Source: Camelus dromedarius (lineage: Eukaryota). Taken from it: a stretch of 64,000 nucleotides of DNA. Below the pieces are notes generated by a model. The model was not told the origin of the DNA and did no database searches. It was given only the letters and a program-made list of their open reading frames with translations. This document shows positions 22,305 to 37,870 of the stretch, one piece after another. Position 1 is the first letter of the stretch; every line of letters starts with the position of its first letter. Location of the stretch: positions 16,802,001 to 16,866,000 of the forward strand of contig NC_087464.1 in assembly GCF_036321535.1 (NCBI RefSeq), in the 5' to 3' direction. A program made the position numbers and the translations under genes.

Positions 22305-23059
22305 TACTCCCACTCAGAGCCCAGAACACAACTGGTTCATTGTGTGTTATTCTGAAGATGTAAAGCTCTGAGGCGAGGGTGGAGAGGTAAGGGCGCTGGC
22401 AGAGAGCCACGTTTACTCTGGCTGCGCAGAGACGCTCGGCCAGGTGAGCGGCCTGGACACGCGGGAAACCACCCTGCAGAGTGGTTCCGTGGAGCCCAGG
22501 AGAATGCAGCACAGACACAGGCTGCTGCACGGTGCAGCAAAGTGACGCAGTTTACTGATTTTGGCCAGTAGGGATTAGGAAGGAATCCCACATAAATACA
22601 CTGGCTAATTAACAACCAGCAAAAGAACTGGTGCTGGCTATTGGACAAGTGTGAGTTTTACCACTTACTAGATTAGGCTCTAGGCCACAGGGCAAAGTGC
22701 TTCCCTCTTGTAAACAAAAGCTGTGAAAATTGAATACGGGAGCCAATGGCAAGGAACACTGAGATATGATTTGATTGTTTTTTCAGGAATCTTCCTGGAT
22801 GATGTGTAGCCGTGAAAGTGCTCCGGGCAGGCGTGGGTGAGCCAGTGTCCAGTCCCACCTGGGAGCCTGGGACCAGGCTCACAAGCTCTCCCCAGGCCAG
22901 GCCTCAGCTTCCTCATCACAGTGGACTAGAGGCCTTTTAAGGTCTCCTACTCTGCCTGAACTCCTGAGGAGATGAATATTTCTCAAAATGGGGGAATAAA
23001 TGAAAAACATAAGAAATGTCCCCACTGAAGAGTATCTGCTGGTCACTTGCGCACTAAAA

Positions 23060-23350
23060 ACCACAAAAATTATTATTTAGCTGTAAAAATGAGTGAAATC
23101 TTGCCATTTGCGACAANNNNNNNNNNNNNNNNNNNNNNNNNNNNNNNNNNNNNNNNNNNNNNNNNNNNNNNNNNNNNNNNNNNNNNNNNNNNNNNNNNNN
23201 NNNNNNNNNNNNNNNNNNNNNNNNNNNNNNNNNNNNNNNNNNNNNNNNNNNNNNNNNNNNNNNACAGAGAATAGATTGGTGGTTGCAAGAGGCAGGGTTG
23301 GGATGGTGTGTAGGATAAATGGGTGAACTGGTTTTTTAAAAAAAAGTTTA
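23060..23350 (+). mobile_element. L1 3'UTR fragment spanning an N gap
   Basis: GAAATCTTGCCATTTGCGACA[N147]ACAGAGAATAGATTGGTGGTTGC. Confidence 0.7.
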
Positions 23351-24403
23351 AATTAAAACCCACAAAATTAAACTAGTATTTCCTAATGCCTTTAATTTCT
23401 GTACCCTGACAGAAGGATTAGCACATATAAGATGTTTGTTTATGGACTTAACAAGAAAATGACAGTTTGGTAACATTTGATTTCCTTTCTCTTCCCCTAC
23501 TCAGTTTTTGGTTTTTATTACCCAGAAGGAAGAGGTAGAAAAACTGCAAAAGAAAAACACAACAGCTTGCTCAAGTTTACTGAGGACCTGCTTCCCTTCT
23601 CCTATAAGCATTTGCTACGATATGCAGATACTTGGGGCCACATTCTCCAGACTGACAGGATGGTCACGGTCCTGCTAGGTCTTACCTGCCAGGCGAGGGC
23701 AGAGGATGTCCTTGCAGGAGACAGGAAGAAGGGGCTGCAGGAGCAGTGCAATTACGAAGTAAGAACACTGCCCAGCTCATCATCAGGACCTGATGAGCCG
23801 ATAGCACCCCAAAGCAGACATGTCCCAGCCTGGAGGCCGGGCCGATGGGGGAAATGGAAGATGGCGGGGCTCGAATGACCTTTTGGGTCTCCTGTTGTGG
23901 CCTCTTCTCTGCTACCCTGCAAAGCTTGGGAGGCTGGCTCTCCCAGGTGTTACTGAACGGCAGGGGGTGTGTGGGGCTTCCACGTGGAGGCCCTGCAGAT
24001 TCTGTGGCAATAGAAGCAGTGTGGCAAGTGCTGATGGAATCATAAGAGCGATGAGGAAACAAACCCCTTTGTTTATATGATTTACAGCATTTTAGGTGGA
24101 AAAGTCTCTTAAGTCTCTTAACTGTCCAAAAAAAGTTCTTTTTCCCCTAAGGTAAGGTCAAAATTAGAGACGTTTTTGCAAACTAGAAAGCTTTGGTGAT
24201 AATCACACTTAGGAGTAGATATTTTAAAAATCTGAAACAAATGTTTTTGTTTTGGATCAAACCTTAATCCTCACTCCATGAACTGCAGAGGCAACATTTA
24301 ACAATGGCTTATTTTAATAAATGCTTCAAAGCCAACCAGCGCAGTGGTACTTCTGTGCCCTTCTCCCTTCTACCCTACGATGCAGAAAAGGTGGCAGAAC
24401 TTA

Positions 24404-24658
<255 letters not shown>

Positions 24659-26514
24659 TTACCGTCTTTCAGGGGATATTCGATACAGGGGAGCAGTTCA
24701 GCTGCTACCTAGCTACTTCCTGGTGAATCCTGCCACGTGCAGTCAACAATTCCACAAGAACTGAGTACTTCTTTTTTTTATTTCACAAAGCCCCAAAGTG
24801 GTCAATGGCAATTTGTTTTTAAAGAATGGGGATCAGAATTCATTAAGAAAATGTGTGATGCTCTTTAACTTAACCAGAGATGTCAGATTTATTAGCTGAT
24901 ACTCTGGAGCCTGTGCCCCTGTTATTGTTTGGGCAGTTAACCTGTTAAGCTCTTTGAAAAGTTTACAGTGCTAAATAATAGACAATTTTATTTATCATTT
25001 TACACGTGCTCAAAAAATAAGCCCAATATAAGGAAAACATAACTATGTTCTGCACCTCATCTTTGAATGATGGTTTACTTAGTAAATGAGTGTCAGAAAA
25101 TTCTAGACCACATTTTACACTTTGCATAATGGTTGTGAACATTTCACATACTATGCAAGAAACTAGGAAAGCATACGTCTGCAAAGAAGAGGATAGTTTT
25201 CATAGATACTTGCAATGCGAGGCCCCCCCAAAGCATGAAATCTTCCTATGTCAACAGTGATGAGGTCTTCATTTTCTGAAGACATTTCCTGGCTGGTCTG
25301 GTTCCCCTCCTGCTTGGCAGGAAGGGCATGTGGCGGGAGGCTTGCGGGGAGTGCAGCTCGGGTGAAGAGTGCTGCTATCCCCGCTGTGGGACTTCGGGGA
25401 AATAAAAAGGCCTCACCCATTTTTACTTTTAAAATGGGTGTTATGAGGACTGACTGACACAAAATAGGCAAAGCTCTTGGCTCAGTGTCTCTCCCTCAAA
25501 AAGTGGGAGCGATCATGACCACACCCTGGGCTGTTTCACGAAAGCAGCCCTGTCTTACGTGGGCAAAATCCCCTTCCAAACAAGTTACTATACTAAACAA
25601 GTGTTAAGTTCCCACTAAGAGGTCAAGGCTTTTATGGAATAATTACCATACAGAGGAATTAACAAAAACCTGACTCTGAAGCATTTTGTCAATGGATAAA
25701 AAACGATCACGGAGAGAGGGAATCTGAAATGTACACTTACTCACTTCTCATCCTGCTACCATCTCCCTCAGCCTTGAGAAGGCCCCCTCCCAGCGTCCTG
25801 TATAGAAACAGGAGAATATCCCCCTGGCTGGTCTGCATGGCAACCGCTGGAGGAGGGCACAAGGCTCTTGCACTTGTCACGTCTCCCGCAATAACATCTT
25901 TGTGCTTGATTTGCCCCCCGTCCACGTGTGCTGCAGCTCAGTGACGAGCTTTGTAATTAGAGGTGCCACATGACAGGCCTCCCGTAACCTTTGGGAACAT
26001 CCACTAACGATGCACTCACTTGGGTGGACTCTTTCAATGGCTAATAACAATAAGATTCTCTAGCGTTCCAATTACATGTTCATTTTTCCAAAACATTTAA
26101 ACTCCACTCTTAATCTTTATCTTTAGACATTTTTGTCAGATAACATGTTCCTTCCTCAGATAAGGAAACTGAAGCACAAAGAGGTTACTTGTGGCTGGAT
26201 AGGGATCATATGGAGATGGTGGCAGATCTGCAATCTGCACCCAGGACTCCAGGTTCCTCAGGCACTTGCCATAACAGAACTAGCAACTCCTGGGCCCAAA
26301 AGTCCTCCTGTGAGTCTTACTGGCAAATTCAGTAAATGGCATCCCCAAGAGGAGCCTAAGCACCAATGTCCTGAAGGAGGAGCCTGGCACACCACTGGGT
26401 CTGCTCCGAGCACTGGACGCCAGTATGACAAGGTGTAGAAGCCTTAACACAACCCAAAAAGCAAATAATTCTAATCCAGTGAGATGCATCACCTAACGTT
26501 AAAACAGGCTTTCA

Positions 26515-26697
<183 letters not shown>

Positions 26698-27768
26698 TTA
26701 CCACCCATAGAAAACCCACTGAATTTATGCTCATTCACCCATTCAGCACATGTGTGTTAAGTGCCAACTAACTGCAGAGCACTTGGTACATGGGCCAATT
26801 TTCTAAAAGGCAGTTGGTGCCAACAGAGGCACAGAGAGGCCCAGAGGGCAGGAGCCCATCATCCAGCTCCAGCAGCAAAGGTGCATGAAGCCAGGGCAGA
26901 GAACGAGAGAGAGCAGAGGACATGCGGGGAGAAGCGGAGTCGGGGTGCCTGTGGAGGGCGCCCCAGGGTTAACCAGACTCAGCTCTGGCCTACTGTTCTC
27001 ACAATGATGACTTGTCGAGCTGGAAGAATGGTGATCCTTCTGTTTGCAGGGAATGCCCACGTTCGTATTTCCAGCTCTGACTTCTCCCTTGCACTCCAGA
27101 CTTGGCCACAACTGAATCCTTTCTTCCCCCAACCCCAAACCTGTTCTTGATCCAGTCTTTCTGCATGTGGGGGGAGGCAAGTCTTCAGACCTTAACAAGT
27201 AGGCCGGTAAGAGTCCTCTGCACAGAGAAGGCACATCAGTCTTACAGCTAGACAAGCCAGTCATTTTAAAGATCACTCTGGGTGCTGTACGGACAACAGA
27301 TTATAAAGGAAAGAGCTGGAACCGAAGCCTGGCGGAAGGCACTGCAGGAGCAAGCGAAGGTGTGGTGAACTTGCAGGGAGCGGCAGGGACAAAGAGAAGA
27401 GACTCGGACATGTTTTGGAGGCTGGGTCGGTATGACTGATCGACTCACTGGCTGTGGGGAATGAGGGAGTAATAATCCCCATATTTGACTTGAGCAAAGG
27501 GTGGCTTTCAAATCTGTGATTCTCACATCATTTTTGTGTTTAGAGGAAAAGAACAGAGCTGTGGGATAGACCAGAAGGTTTATGGAGAGGTTTAGAGGAA
27601 GAGGAGAGACAAGTAGACATGCAGGTCCCTGAGGACATTTGTCCTTTATCTGGAGAGCTGGTGGTGTTATACCAGAGTACTTGGAAGATTAAAATGTATA
27701 TACCATGTTCATATCTGGAGTTGAGGAGACTAGTTAGGAAATTACACTAACAGCCTAGACACAAAATA

Positions 27769-28632
27769 CTGCATTTCACTGATTCTAAGATACACACTTT
27801 TTCGTGTTGTGGCATTCCTGAGGTCAAGATGTGCTGACGGCCAAATGGCAGGTGTATAGTGGTCGTCACTGCCTGTGCACGTGAGAAATTAGTACTGCCG
27901 GCAAGTCCACAGTGCTACTGCCGTGCTGGTTCCTCACGTGCTGAGTTTAACTGTCACATGAAGTGTCTTCAGAAAGACTAGACTGCGATCAATATGGAAA
28001 AAGTGCTAGTGAATGCAGAAAAGCTTAGAAATGTGTAAAATGGAGAATAAATTTGGCATAATAAAGTAAGTATTTGTCCTGGAGGAGAGGACAATTTCAT
28101 AGTTTCTTGCAAGCAACAACCAAGTGCTGGGTATGCCCCAAAAAACAAGACACCCCAAGTGGATGCAGCACTGTTACATTTGTGCTACTGAGAGATGTGT
28201 ACCCTTCCATGGGCACTTTCTGGTACCATCAAGAAAACATCACTGTCAAATCAGAATGGGAGACAGGAGTTTTGATTAAAATAGTGGGACACGAAGAAAA
28301 TAATGGAACACGCAGAAAAGGCTGCACCACTGACATTCCTGATCACACGAGGGAAAACAAAGACGTGGACAATTGAGTCAAAAAATGATTCAGAAGAGTC
28401 AGGCTTTGAATGTGAATTTTTACTAGCACCTAAATCAGTTTGCTTTCATTATATGCATTTTCCATATATACAGAGTTAAATGTGATAAAAATCTAAATAA
28501 AGTAAAAAACAATTTTTCTTTCAATAAAAGCACTGTGTCATAGCTTAATTAGCAGAATTTTTTCCTTTCTCAACAGTCTATAAGGTAACAGTGTCTTAAT
28601 ATGGATGGCGTCTTAGAGTTGATGAAATACTG
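27769..28632. mobile_element. TcMar-Tigger family DNA transposon remnant
   Basis: Imperfect TIRs CTGCATTTCACTGATTCTAAGA / TCTTAGAGTTGATGAAATACTG, each flanked by TA (27767-27768, 28633-28634). Confidence 0.7.
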
Positions 28633-29205
28633 TAAAGACCTGTGGTGGCAGGAAGGGGAATGGAGGAGGGAGAAGGTGATGATTATGAGCTTTTCTGAAA
28701 GAACAGCATGGAAGGTGACGTCTACTAGTCAGTCAACTATGTGACCAGCTTATTTTCCAGGGACTTTACTATTAGAATTCCGGGCTGAGATATCTGGGGC
28801 CAAGGAAGTAACTCAGGTCAGCAGGCATTTATCACAAAATACTTAGAACATAATATTTTTCCTAAGGAACTTAGCTCCACATTGCAAAGATGTGTATACA
28901 CAACACAGTTAAACGTCCTAAGGCAGGCAAACAATGCACACAAAATCATTAGGTGACACCTGCTGTTAGGGATTACAGTTACCCATATCCTAACAGGCAG
29001 CGCTAGACTGAGGTAGAAAATTAAAATTATACCGTATGTCTGAATAACACAGTACTGTGTGTATCTTAAAGAATATATTTTATCTCAAGGATAAGTTTAA
29101 ACTGTTTCTCTGAGCTTTCAATTCAGAGATGAAAAAGACCGAGATCTACTTATGCATTGGTTTTAAAAGTTCCTCAGAAAGATTAACTTTGGGCCTATTA
29201 ATTTA

Positions 29206-29493
<288 letters not shown>

Positions 29494-29526
29494 TTAACGC
29501 TTAACCACATTTAAAAATTTTTTTCA

Positions 29527-29648
29527 GGGGAGGGCATAGCTCAGTGATAGAGTGCATGCCTAGCATGCACGAGGTCCTGGGTTCAATCCCAAGTACCTCC
29601 ATTACAAAGTAAATAAACCCTAATAACCTCCCACCAAAACAAAAAAAA
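29527..29648 (+). mobile_element. Camelid tRNA-derived SINE
   Basis: GGGGAGGGCATAGCTCAGTGATAGAGTGCATGCCTAGCATGCACGAGGTCCTGGGTTCAATCCC plus A-rich tail. Confidence 0.9.
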
Positions 29649-29724
29649 TCCTATTATGCCAAGTAGATAGTAAGCCCCTTGGGAACAGGGGCTGTATATC
29701 GTCTATCTCCAGTGCCTGGCACTT

Positions 29725-29920
29725 TCTTTTTTTTTTTTTTGGTATATATATATTTTTGTTGAAGTATAGTCAATTTACTATGTTGTGTCAGTTTCTGGTG
29801 TACAGCACAATGCTTCAGTCATACATGAACACATATATATTCGTTTTCATATTCTCTTTTACCATAGGTGATAAGATACTGAATATAGTTCCCTGTGCTA
29901 TACAGTATGAACTTATTGTT
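29725..29920 (-). mobile_element. L1 3'-end fragment, same family as 43707-44018
   Basis: Poly-T then GTTGAAGTATAGTCAATTTAC...GTGCTATACAG; highly similar to 43729-43880. Confidence 0.75.
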
Positions 29921-30127
29921 TGAAAAGGTTCTTGATAAAGGCTTATTTAATGAATAGATGATGATTAGTGATCTGATAACTCATTCAATTCATTTCGACA
30001 GGTATTACATTACTTGGGTTCAATTTTAAGATCTCTTTCCAAATTAAGAAGAACAGAATATGGTCATATAGCATAGTATATATAAATTCAGTATCCATAA
30101 ACTTTGCAAAAGACACTTTAATTTTCA

Positions 30128-30433
<306 letters not shown>

Positions 30434-32699
30434 CTAATAGAAGAGGCTAAAAAAAGTCATTTATGGATAGGTCTAGCTAGATACATGGAACAGACAATCT
30501 ATTCCTCAGGAAAATCCATGGTACTAACAGCCACTCATTTCCATCAAATGAGAACATTTAGTAAGAGCTCTGAAATTTCTATAGTGGTATGTACTTTTCC
30601 TCATCTTTTAATAACATGCATTGACCAAAAACAGCAGCAAAATTAAGTTTATCATTTTAGGATGTTGCATTTACAGCTTACAAAATTACATCAGAGCAAA
30701 CAAATCAAAGAAAAAAGTTTATATAAATTTTAATAGCTTCATATCCCTGTGCTATATTAGGATATATAGCATGTATTACTGATCTAGTTACAAAAATTAT
30801 CAATGATCAATGTTTATACAAATTCCAAAACAAGAGCGTAACATTCCAGAAGACTGGACATTTCCCTCCTCCTCCTGCTGGCTGAGAGCCCCTCAGTCTT
30901 GGTTTCACGTTCAAGCTGCAAAAATTACTAGTGTTTTCATCGTAAACACAATTTTATTATAACAATCTACTTAAGAAGGCTGGTGACACCAATTATAATC
31001 AGAATTAAGAGTTACTCTGTAAAGCTTTAGCTCTATTTTAAGAGTTCCAAATAACTACATTATTATACATTTCAGATGGCTTCTGGTCACAGATGCTGAA
31101 CTATTCAAGTTTTTCCTTCTTCAAGTGATTTGTACCCCCGAAGTATCACATTCCAGGGCCACGACTACTGCACTGGTAATGGTGGGCTGTGTGATGTGGA
31201 CCAACACTAGTGCAGAGGATAACTAAGAAAGCTGGATGAAACATAAACAATTTTCTTGAAAACATAAAAGAACTAAGGAGGAACTGAAAAATGTGTCAGA
31301 AAAATGTTTGATTTAGCAATCTTTCAAGAAACCTACATGAAAGGTACAACCAGAGATGCAGTCGAAGGTGTATGTAAAAGGCTATTTGCACCATTATTGA
31401 TAATAGAAAAATATGTCCTAAAATAAGACTATTTAAATATATTTCATCAGTATAATAAAATAGAAATTAAAAACTACTTTAGAATTAAAAATTAAGAAAA
31501 TGCTTATATCTTGTTATATAAAAATGATAGAAATTACACATACAATATGATAAATACATGATTGAGAGCAAACACAAGGCTGCTCTATCCTGAGGAATGT
31601 GCAGATCCAGAAGAAACAGCTGAGAAACTGAGCAAACCATCTTCCTACTCCAATCTAGGGGATTAATTTTTAATTGCTTTATAGATTTTTAATTAAAGTA
31701 ATACATGACATGGGGGAAAAAATACAGTACAGGAGGGTTAATAATTAAAAGCGACATTCCTCTGTTCCACCTGTGCCCTCCCCAGTCTCACTCTTCTCCA
31801 CGGCAATCACTTTTTAAATAGCTTGTTTTCAGCTCTTCTGTGGTAGCCTGCACGTGGACCCCTAACTCCTGCTGTCGTTCCACTGGCCAGAGTCACCCCG
31901 TGACATTTATTTCCTGACCCCTCACTATGGAAGATGAAGCTTTAACTCATTTACACCATCCTCTTCACTTTACCTTGTCCCAAATTTTGCTAGTTTTATA
32001 ATATTGGTTCATCTATTGGTTATTTTTGTAATTTTAGACAGAACTTCTGACCACTCTCCCTTCCCACTATGTAGGAAGTTATCAGCACCCCAAGCTGTCC
32101 ATATATTCCCCTTCTTTTACTTTTATTTATTGTACTTTTATTTTTTACATCATCAAGATGAACATTTACATCCTGTACTGTTCTCCAATCATGTTTAAGT
32201 CTATTCGTTGACTGTATTATATAGCTAATCAACAGTGTTTATATTATGACGAGACCTACTTAGAACGCAAGACTCCTGCGCAACTCTAAGGAGGATGTTT
32301 ACTGTATCCAGACAAATAGATTATTTTTTGCACGTTTCATCACTCAGAATCGTGCACCCATTTCCTTTATGTTCGACCTTGGCTCTCTTGTATCTCTCCC
32401 CTAGAGTTTCTAAGTGCCTTTCTCTTTCTGTTGTTGAGAAGTTAACGTTTGTGTTCTTTACTGTCATCAATAAAAAAATTAATTTCTTGTTCTTTATATT
32501 GCTTGGGACTTATTTTTCCCAACTTTCTGTTACACTTTGTACAGACTGCTTACTGGACCTGTTGTGACTCTGGGATTTCTTCTCACTGGACCCACGGGTC
32601 AGCTCTTCTGTTTACGGTGTACATCATATCATTTTCTTTGCCTTCTAGTCTCCAGGGCTGCTGATACTAATCTGATGTGTTTGGTTTTGGTTTGTTTTT

Positions 32700-33150
32700 T
32701 CTTTCCAAAGCTTTCTGGATTATCTCTGAAGGGATCCAGAATATGCCAGGGTGACATAAAAATTATTTTGAGCAGAAGGCATTCGAGTTTCTGAAATCCA
32801 TCTGCCAAAAAAGCAGAGACTCCCAAAAGAACTCAATTGTCAAAAATCCCTTCCCCAGAAGCAACAAGAGAGACTGACTCTTATCACTGGAGATGAGAGG
32901 TCCCCACACCACATCCACACAGACACTGTCAAAAAACTACCATTCTCCTCCCATCTTTCTCCTAAGGGCCAGTTTATCCTTCCAAAAAGTCACTTGTTTT
33001 CCCTTAAGTGCCTTTCTCCACCCTCCCCCTATTAAAAGGGTATATAAACTCCAAATTCTAACTGCCCCTTTGAGTCACATTTTTCCATACATAGCTGATT
33101 AAATCTGTCTTTTGCTAATCTGCCCTCAGCAACTAAATATAACAGAGCTT
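32700..33150 (+). mobile_element. Old ERV1-type solo LTR (MER34/MER39-like)
   Basis: GGGTATATAAACTCCAAATTCTAACTGCCCCTTTGAGTCAC followed by ATTAAATCTG; boundaries approximate. Confidence 0.45.
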
Positions 33151-34525
33151 TTCCTCCCCTATATCTCTTTACCCTTGGTATTCTTAAATCTCACCTTATA
33201 AAGCATCTTATTTGGCATTCTGTGGGCATTTTACTCAGGTTTTTTTCTCTTTCACTCTGGAAAATTTTATCATTAGTTTGTTAATTCCCTCTATTTTTTA
33301 TTTCAAAATTTGTCAGATTTTCTATCTCCTAAGAACTGATCTACATTTTCTCTCTGATATTTTCCATATATCTTTTTGATCAGGTCTTAGAAGATTTCCT
33401 TGGCTTTATCTTCCAGCTTTTCCACAAAATTTACTTTGTCAATCACTTAAAACTTTTAACAACTCTTTTCTCATTCTTTCTTTCTCTTCCATACCATGCT
33501 ATTGTTACTAAAGTCTGTGTGAAGATACTAATTAGGTGTTTCCCCTCCCTTCTCCCCAAAGTCACTGCCTATTTTCTAAAGGATCTCCATCCCCAGGGTC
33601 AAACACACTACTTATTTGGTCTTTCTCTTGATCGTCCATTTACATTTAATCTTTAGGGACCAGGTTATTAAACTTTTTGGGTGGTTATCCTATTATTTTT
33701 ACGTCTCCCCCAAATTCTTCCTCTGAATGAGGACATCTAGTTATCAGGTTTGCTTTAGGGTTAGTGGGCTGGTTGGTCCCCAAATGCTACTCAGGGACTT
33801 CGGCCCTCAACTCAGAATGTCTTTCTACTCCTCAAGCTGTTTATCTTTGTTCCAGGATCAACTGCAGGCTGGTATTCCACACAGTTCTTCTGTGAGCAGA
33901 CTTTCTTTTAACTGTGCCCTCCTATTTTTGGCTTCTCTGCTTTCACTTCCACTCCCTAGAACCCTCAACTTCAAGTCTGAGGCCTGGTGATAATGGGGTT
34001 CTGCCTGGCTGATAGCCCTTCCTCTGTTATGACTTTCTCCTACATTTATTTTGCATATAATTTACAGCATTTCATCCCATTTATCAGTATTTTTCCCATC
34101 CATTTCTTAAAAGATTTTAAAAACCTCTAATCTGATGATGGTCTCTTTCTGGTTCTTTATGCTGTTATGGATTTAATCATTTTATTTCCTTACTGTTATT
34201 TTAATAGGGCCTCAAGCAAAAAAAAGAAGACAGATACTTATGCTCAGGTTGCCATCTTGAACTAGAAGTCAGTCAATGGGTAATTCTCCAGAGAAGTTAC
34301 ATTCCATTCACTTGGAATGTAAGTTTTATTATTTTCTTTTTTGTTTGTGAAAACTCATCTTAGTGACTTATATAAATACTATAAAAAGAATTGATATAAT
34401 TCTTAAAAACTTATTTTTTGTTACTCAGAAAGACTTTATTCTAAAGCCCTCAAATTCAATAAGAAAATAGACAAAAGAAATTTTTTCTATGAACTTGTAA
34501 TGAATTCTTTAGATGTTCAATTTTA

Positions 34526-34705
<180 letters not shown>

Positions 34706-34995
34706 CTATGAATAAAAAGTGATTACCTTTTACTATAATTAAGATAATGATACCTAGATTGCTAGAGCTTAATACTAACTGTAATAGTCCCACAACAAAC
34801 CATTTCCAGACTAAAATCAAGACCAAAACCAAGGAAGTTTCAATTGTTCATTCTTTTCTAAATTCTTACATTAACCTTGTTTGAATAATTGGCAATCTAC
34901 TATATCTATTTCATTACTGCTTCACAGATATACATCTTGTCTTTCAGTTACCTGAGAGCACCCTGTGGGTAGAAATAATCTTTTCCAAAAAAACT

Positions 34996-35148
34996 ATTTA
35001 TTTATTTATTATTGTATTATTGAATTGTTTTATTATGGTGGGGGGAGGTTATTAGGTTTATTTATTTTTAGAGGAGGTACTGGGGATTGAACCTAGGACC
35101 TTATGCATGCTAAGCATGTGCTCTACCATTTGAGCTATACCCTCCCCC
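34996..35148 (-). mobile_element. Camelid tRNA-derived SINE
   Basis: Reverse-complement match to the same consensus, with A-rich tail. Confidence 0.88.
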
Positions 35149-35599
35149 AAGAAATACTCTTTCTTTAAAAAAAAAAAAAACCCTTCAGACCTCTTCACTC
35201 ACCTCTTACTGGATGGTGACTTTTGGGATGAAAAACATTGTCCACGCAAATATGTGAGTTCTGATCTCTTCTGGGTGTTTGGTGCTAGTCAATCCATTTT
35301 ATTATCTCTACTCAGTTCCCTTTTCTCATTTCCCTCAGTTGTCTCCGAACTCTGCTTCCCTTTTAAAGCCCCCACTGCTACGTGAACTTTTGCTATCATC
35401 TACCCCAGTTCTCTAACTTAGCAATACTAAGCACCAGCACTGCTCGAAAGCTGTATTGTGTTTCTGCGCCTCTGTATATGCAGTTCCTCTACCTTCCAAT
35501 CCTTGCTCATCCACCACATTCCAACAACCCAAAGACAAACAGGACTGGTGTCCTGTACTAACAACTAACTGGTAGTGATTCTGAGGCTCTATCTAGCTT

Positions 35600-37870
35600 C
35601 ACCATGAAACAGTGCCCCACCACTCTCTCCAACATCATTCCTGCCTTAATTCTTGGTGACTCACACTGTAAAATGACTATTACTCAATAAAAAAAAGTTA
35701 AAAAAAAATTCTTGGTGACTCAGTGCACAGAGATGATCCTCCCACACCTAGCCTTTTGGCAACTCGATCTCCTGTGCTCTGGTGATCCTGTCCCTCACAT
35801 GTCAGCCACTCACGCCCACTGTCAAATCCACCACCTTAGCCTCATTAGTTAACGGCAACCTCTTCATTCTCTGACCACCACCTCCTACCTTTCCAGCTCA
35901 TGCCATCCAATGTTCTGACTCCAACAATCCACTGGGACAACTTATCCATTGATCCTCATCCTCAGATATTCATTCTCCTAATTCAGCTTCAATTCCAGAG
36001 CCAATCATTATAACACTACCTTTCATAGACCTTCAACTCCCTTGCCCTTAGGTCACACTGCTTGATAAAACACGTTAGATCTAATTCTCTACCACTGCAT
36101 GCCCATATCTCTGTAGCCGCAAGTGGCTGGAGAAACATACAACCATGCTGACCATGTTCACTTTCAATACCTGGTCATAAACTTCACGTGGTTATGCAAA
36201 CCCTTAATGCTGCCAGGTAATCATGACACACCCTTGGTCTGTCACTCCTGAGTTCTGTTAGTATAGGTGTCAGCAAACTATGGCCCATGAGCTGAATGCC
36301 CATTTTCATAAATCAAATTTTACTGGAAAACAACCATGGAAAATCAATGTATTTATTATTCACATCTTCCTTTGGGCTAAAATAGCAGAGCGGAGTAATT
36401 GTGACAGATGCTGCCACAAAGCCCCAAATATTTATTCTCTGGTCCTTAAAGATAAAGTTAGCTGACTCCTGTCTTAGTGGCGATTTCACACTTTCTCCCT
36501 TCTCCTCCATCCTCTCTTGTCCTGTTAGCTGACAACCTTGCTTCCTACTTTGTTGAGGAAACTGAAACAATCAGGAGAGCTTTCACAAACTTCCTCCACT
36601 GCATCACCAGCACCATCTGCCCCACATCTTCTCCTCTCCTCCTGCTATTATAGATGAACAATCCGAGTTCCTGTCTCAAGCCAGTCTTTGTACTTCCACA
36701 CCAGCCCCCGCCCCCGCTCGCTTACTCACGGACACTGCTTCACAATTCTTCTGTCTCCTTACACAGCAACTTCCATCCTCTATAGGAACATCCCCACCAG
36801 CATACAAATATGCCATCTCCCCTGGCTTTTCTTGACTCCACTTCTCCTGGCGCCTACTGGTTCATGTCTCTGTTCATCCTTGAAGCAAAATTTGAGAATT
36901 CTCTATGTTCACTGCCTCTAATTTTGCCCCACTCCACTGAAGCTGGTCAAGTCCAAGTCCCATGATTTTTGCGGTGATAAATCCAGTGGTGGCTTCTCAG
37001 TCCTTATGGTACTTGGCTGGGCAGCAGCATGTGACTAGTAGCACTCCCTTCTCCCTGAGACACTTCTGCATTTGGTTTTCCTCCTGTCTCACCTGTTCTC
37101 TTTCCTCATCTCCTTTCCTGGTTCTTTCTCTTCTCCTTAACTTCTTCAAGTCCCAAGACTCAGTCTTTGGTTTTCTCCTCTTCTGTCTAAACTTATACCC
37201 CTGAAGATTTTATCTGCTTTTGTGACTTTAAAGACAACTATATGCCAACCACTCCCAAATTTACCTGTATCACCAGCCTCTTTTCTGAATTCCTGAATCT
37301 AAAAGACATACATAACCTCAATATGCCCCAAACCGAACTCCTGGTCTCTCTTGCCGTGCAGTCTTCCCTGAATGTGTCAGCCGAGGGTCGCTCTACTCTT
37401 CCAGTTACTCAGCTCTCTGGGTACCGCTCTGGCCTGCAGCACCTCTCCCCTGCCTGACTTAGTCCGGTGCAGGCAAGTGAGCTCCCTCACCACCCAGCAA
37501 ACGCATAGGCGTGTCTGCCCTCAGGGCCTTTGGTCTGGGCTTCGGCCAAGAAAGCCTGTATCTGGAGAGCTGCTCAGCTAACTCTTATCTTCAAGCTTTT
37601 CCTCAGGTCTCATCTCTGCAGTAAGACTTTCCTGGGCCACTGCATCCTGCATCCCATTCATCATTCCTGACTTGTCACACTGCTGTACTTTTCACTACAG
37701 TTCCCCACCCTTTACATGCACTTACAATGGATATGTCTTTATTCAGCCTCCTTCTGCTAGAAGGTAAGTTCTTCAAGAGCAGGGATCTCTGTATTTTGTT
37801 CAGTGATGTATCCCAAACTCCTAGAACAGTCTGTCACAGAGCAGGCACTCACAAATATTTGTTGAATGAG
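35600..37870 (+). mobile_element. Long L2 remnant interrupted by a MER58-like MITE (about 36263-36471)
   Basis: Pyrimidine-rich L2 ORF2 sequence ending in the L2 3' terminus (CCTAGAACAGT...AAATATTTGTTGAATGA); inner GGTGTCAGCAAACTATGGCCC...TTAGCTGACTCCTG MITE. Confidence 0.6.

Noticed and set aside
29527-29600. tRNA-like sequences (GCTCAGTGGTAGAG...GGTTCAATCCC) at about ten places
   Set aside because: All continue into the same non-tRNA body and A-rich tail, some with TSDs; they are SINEs, not tRNA genes.
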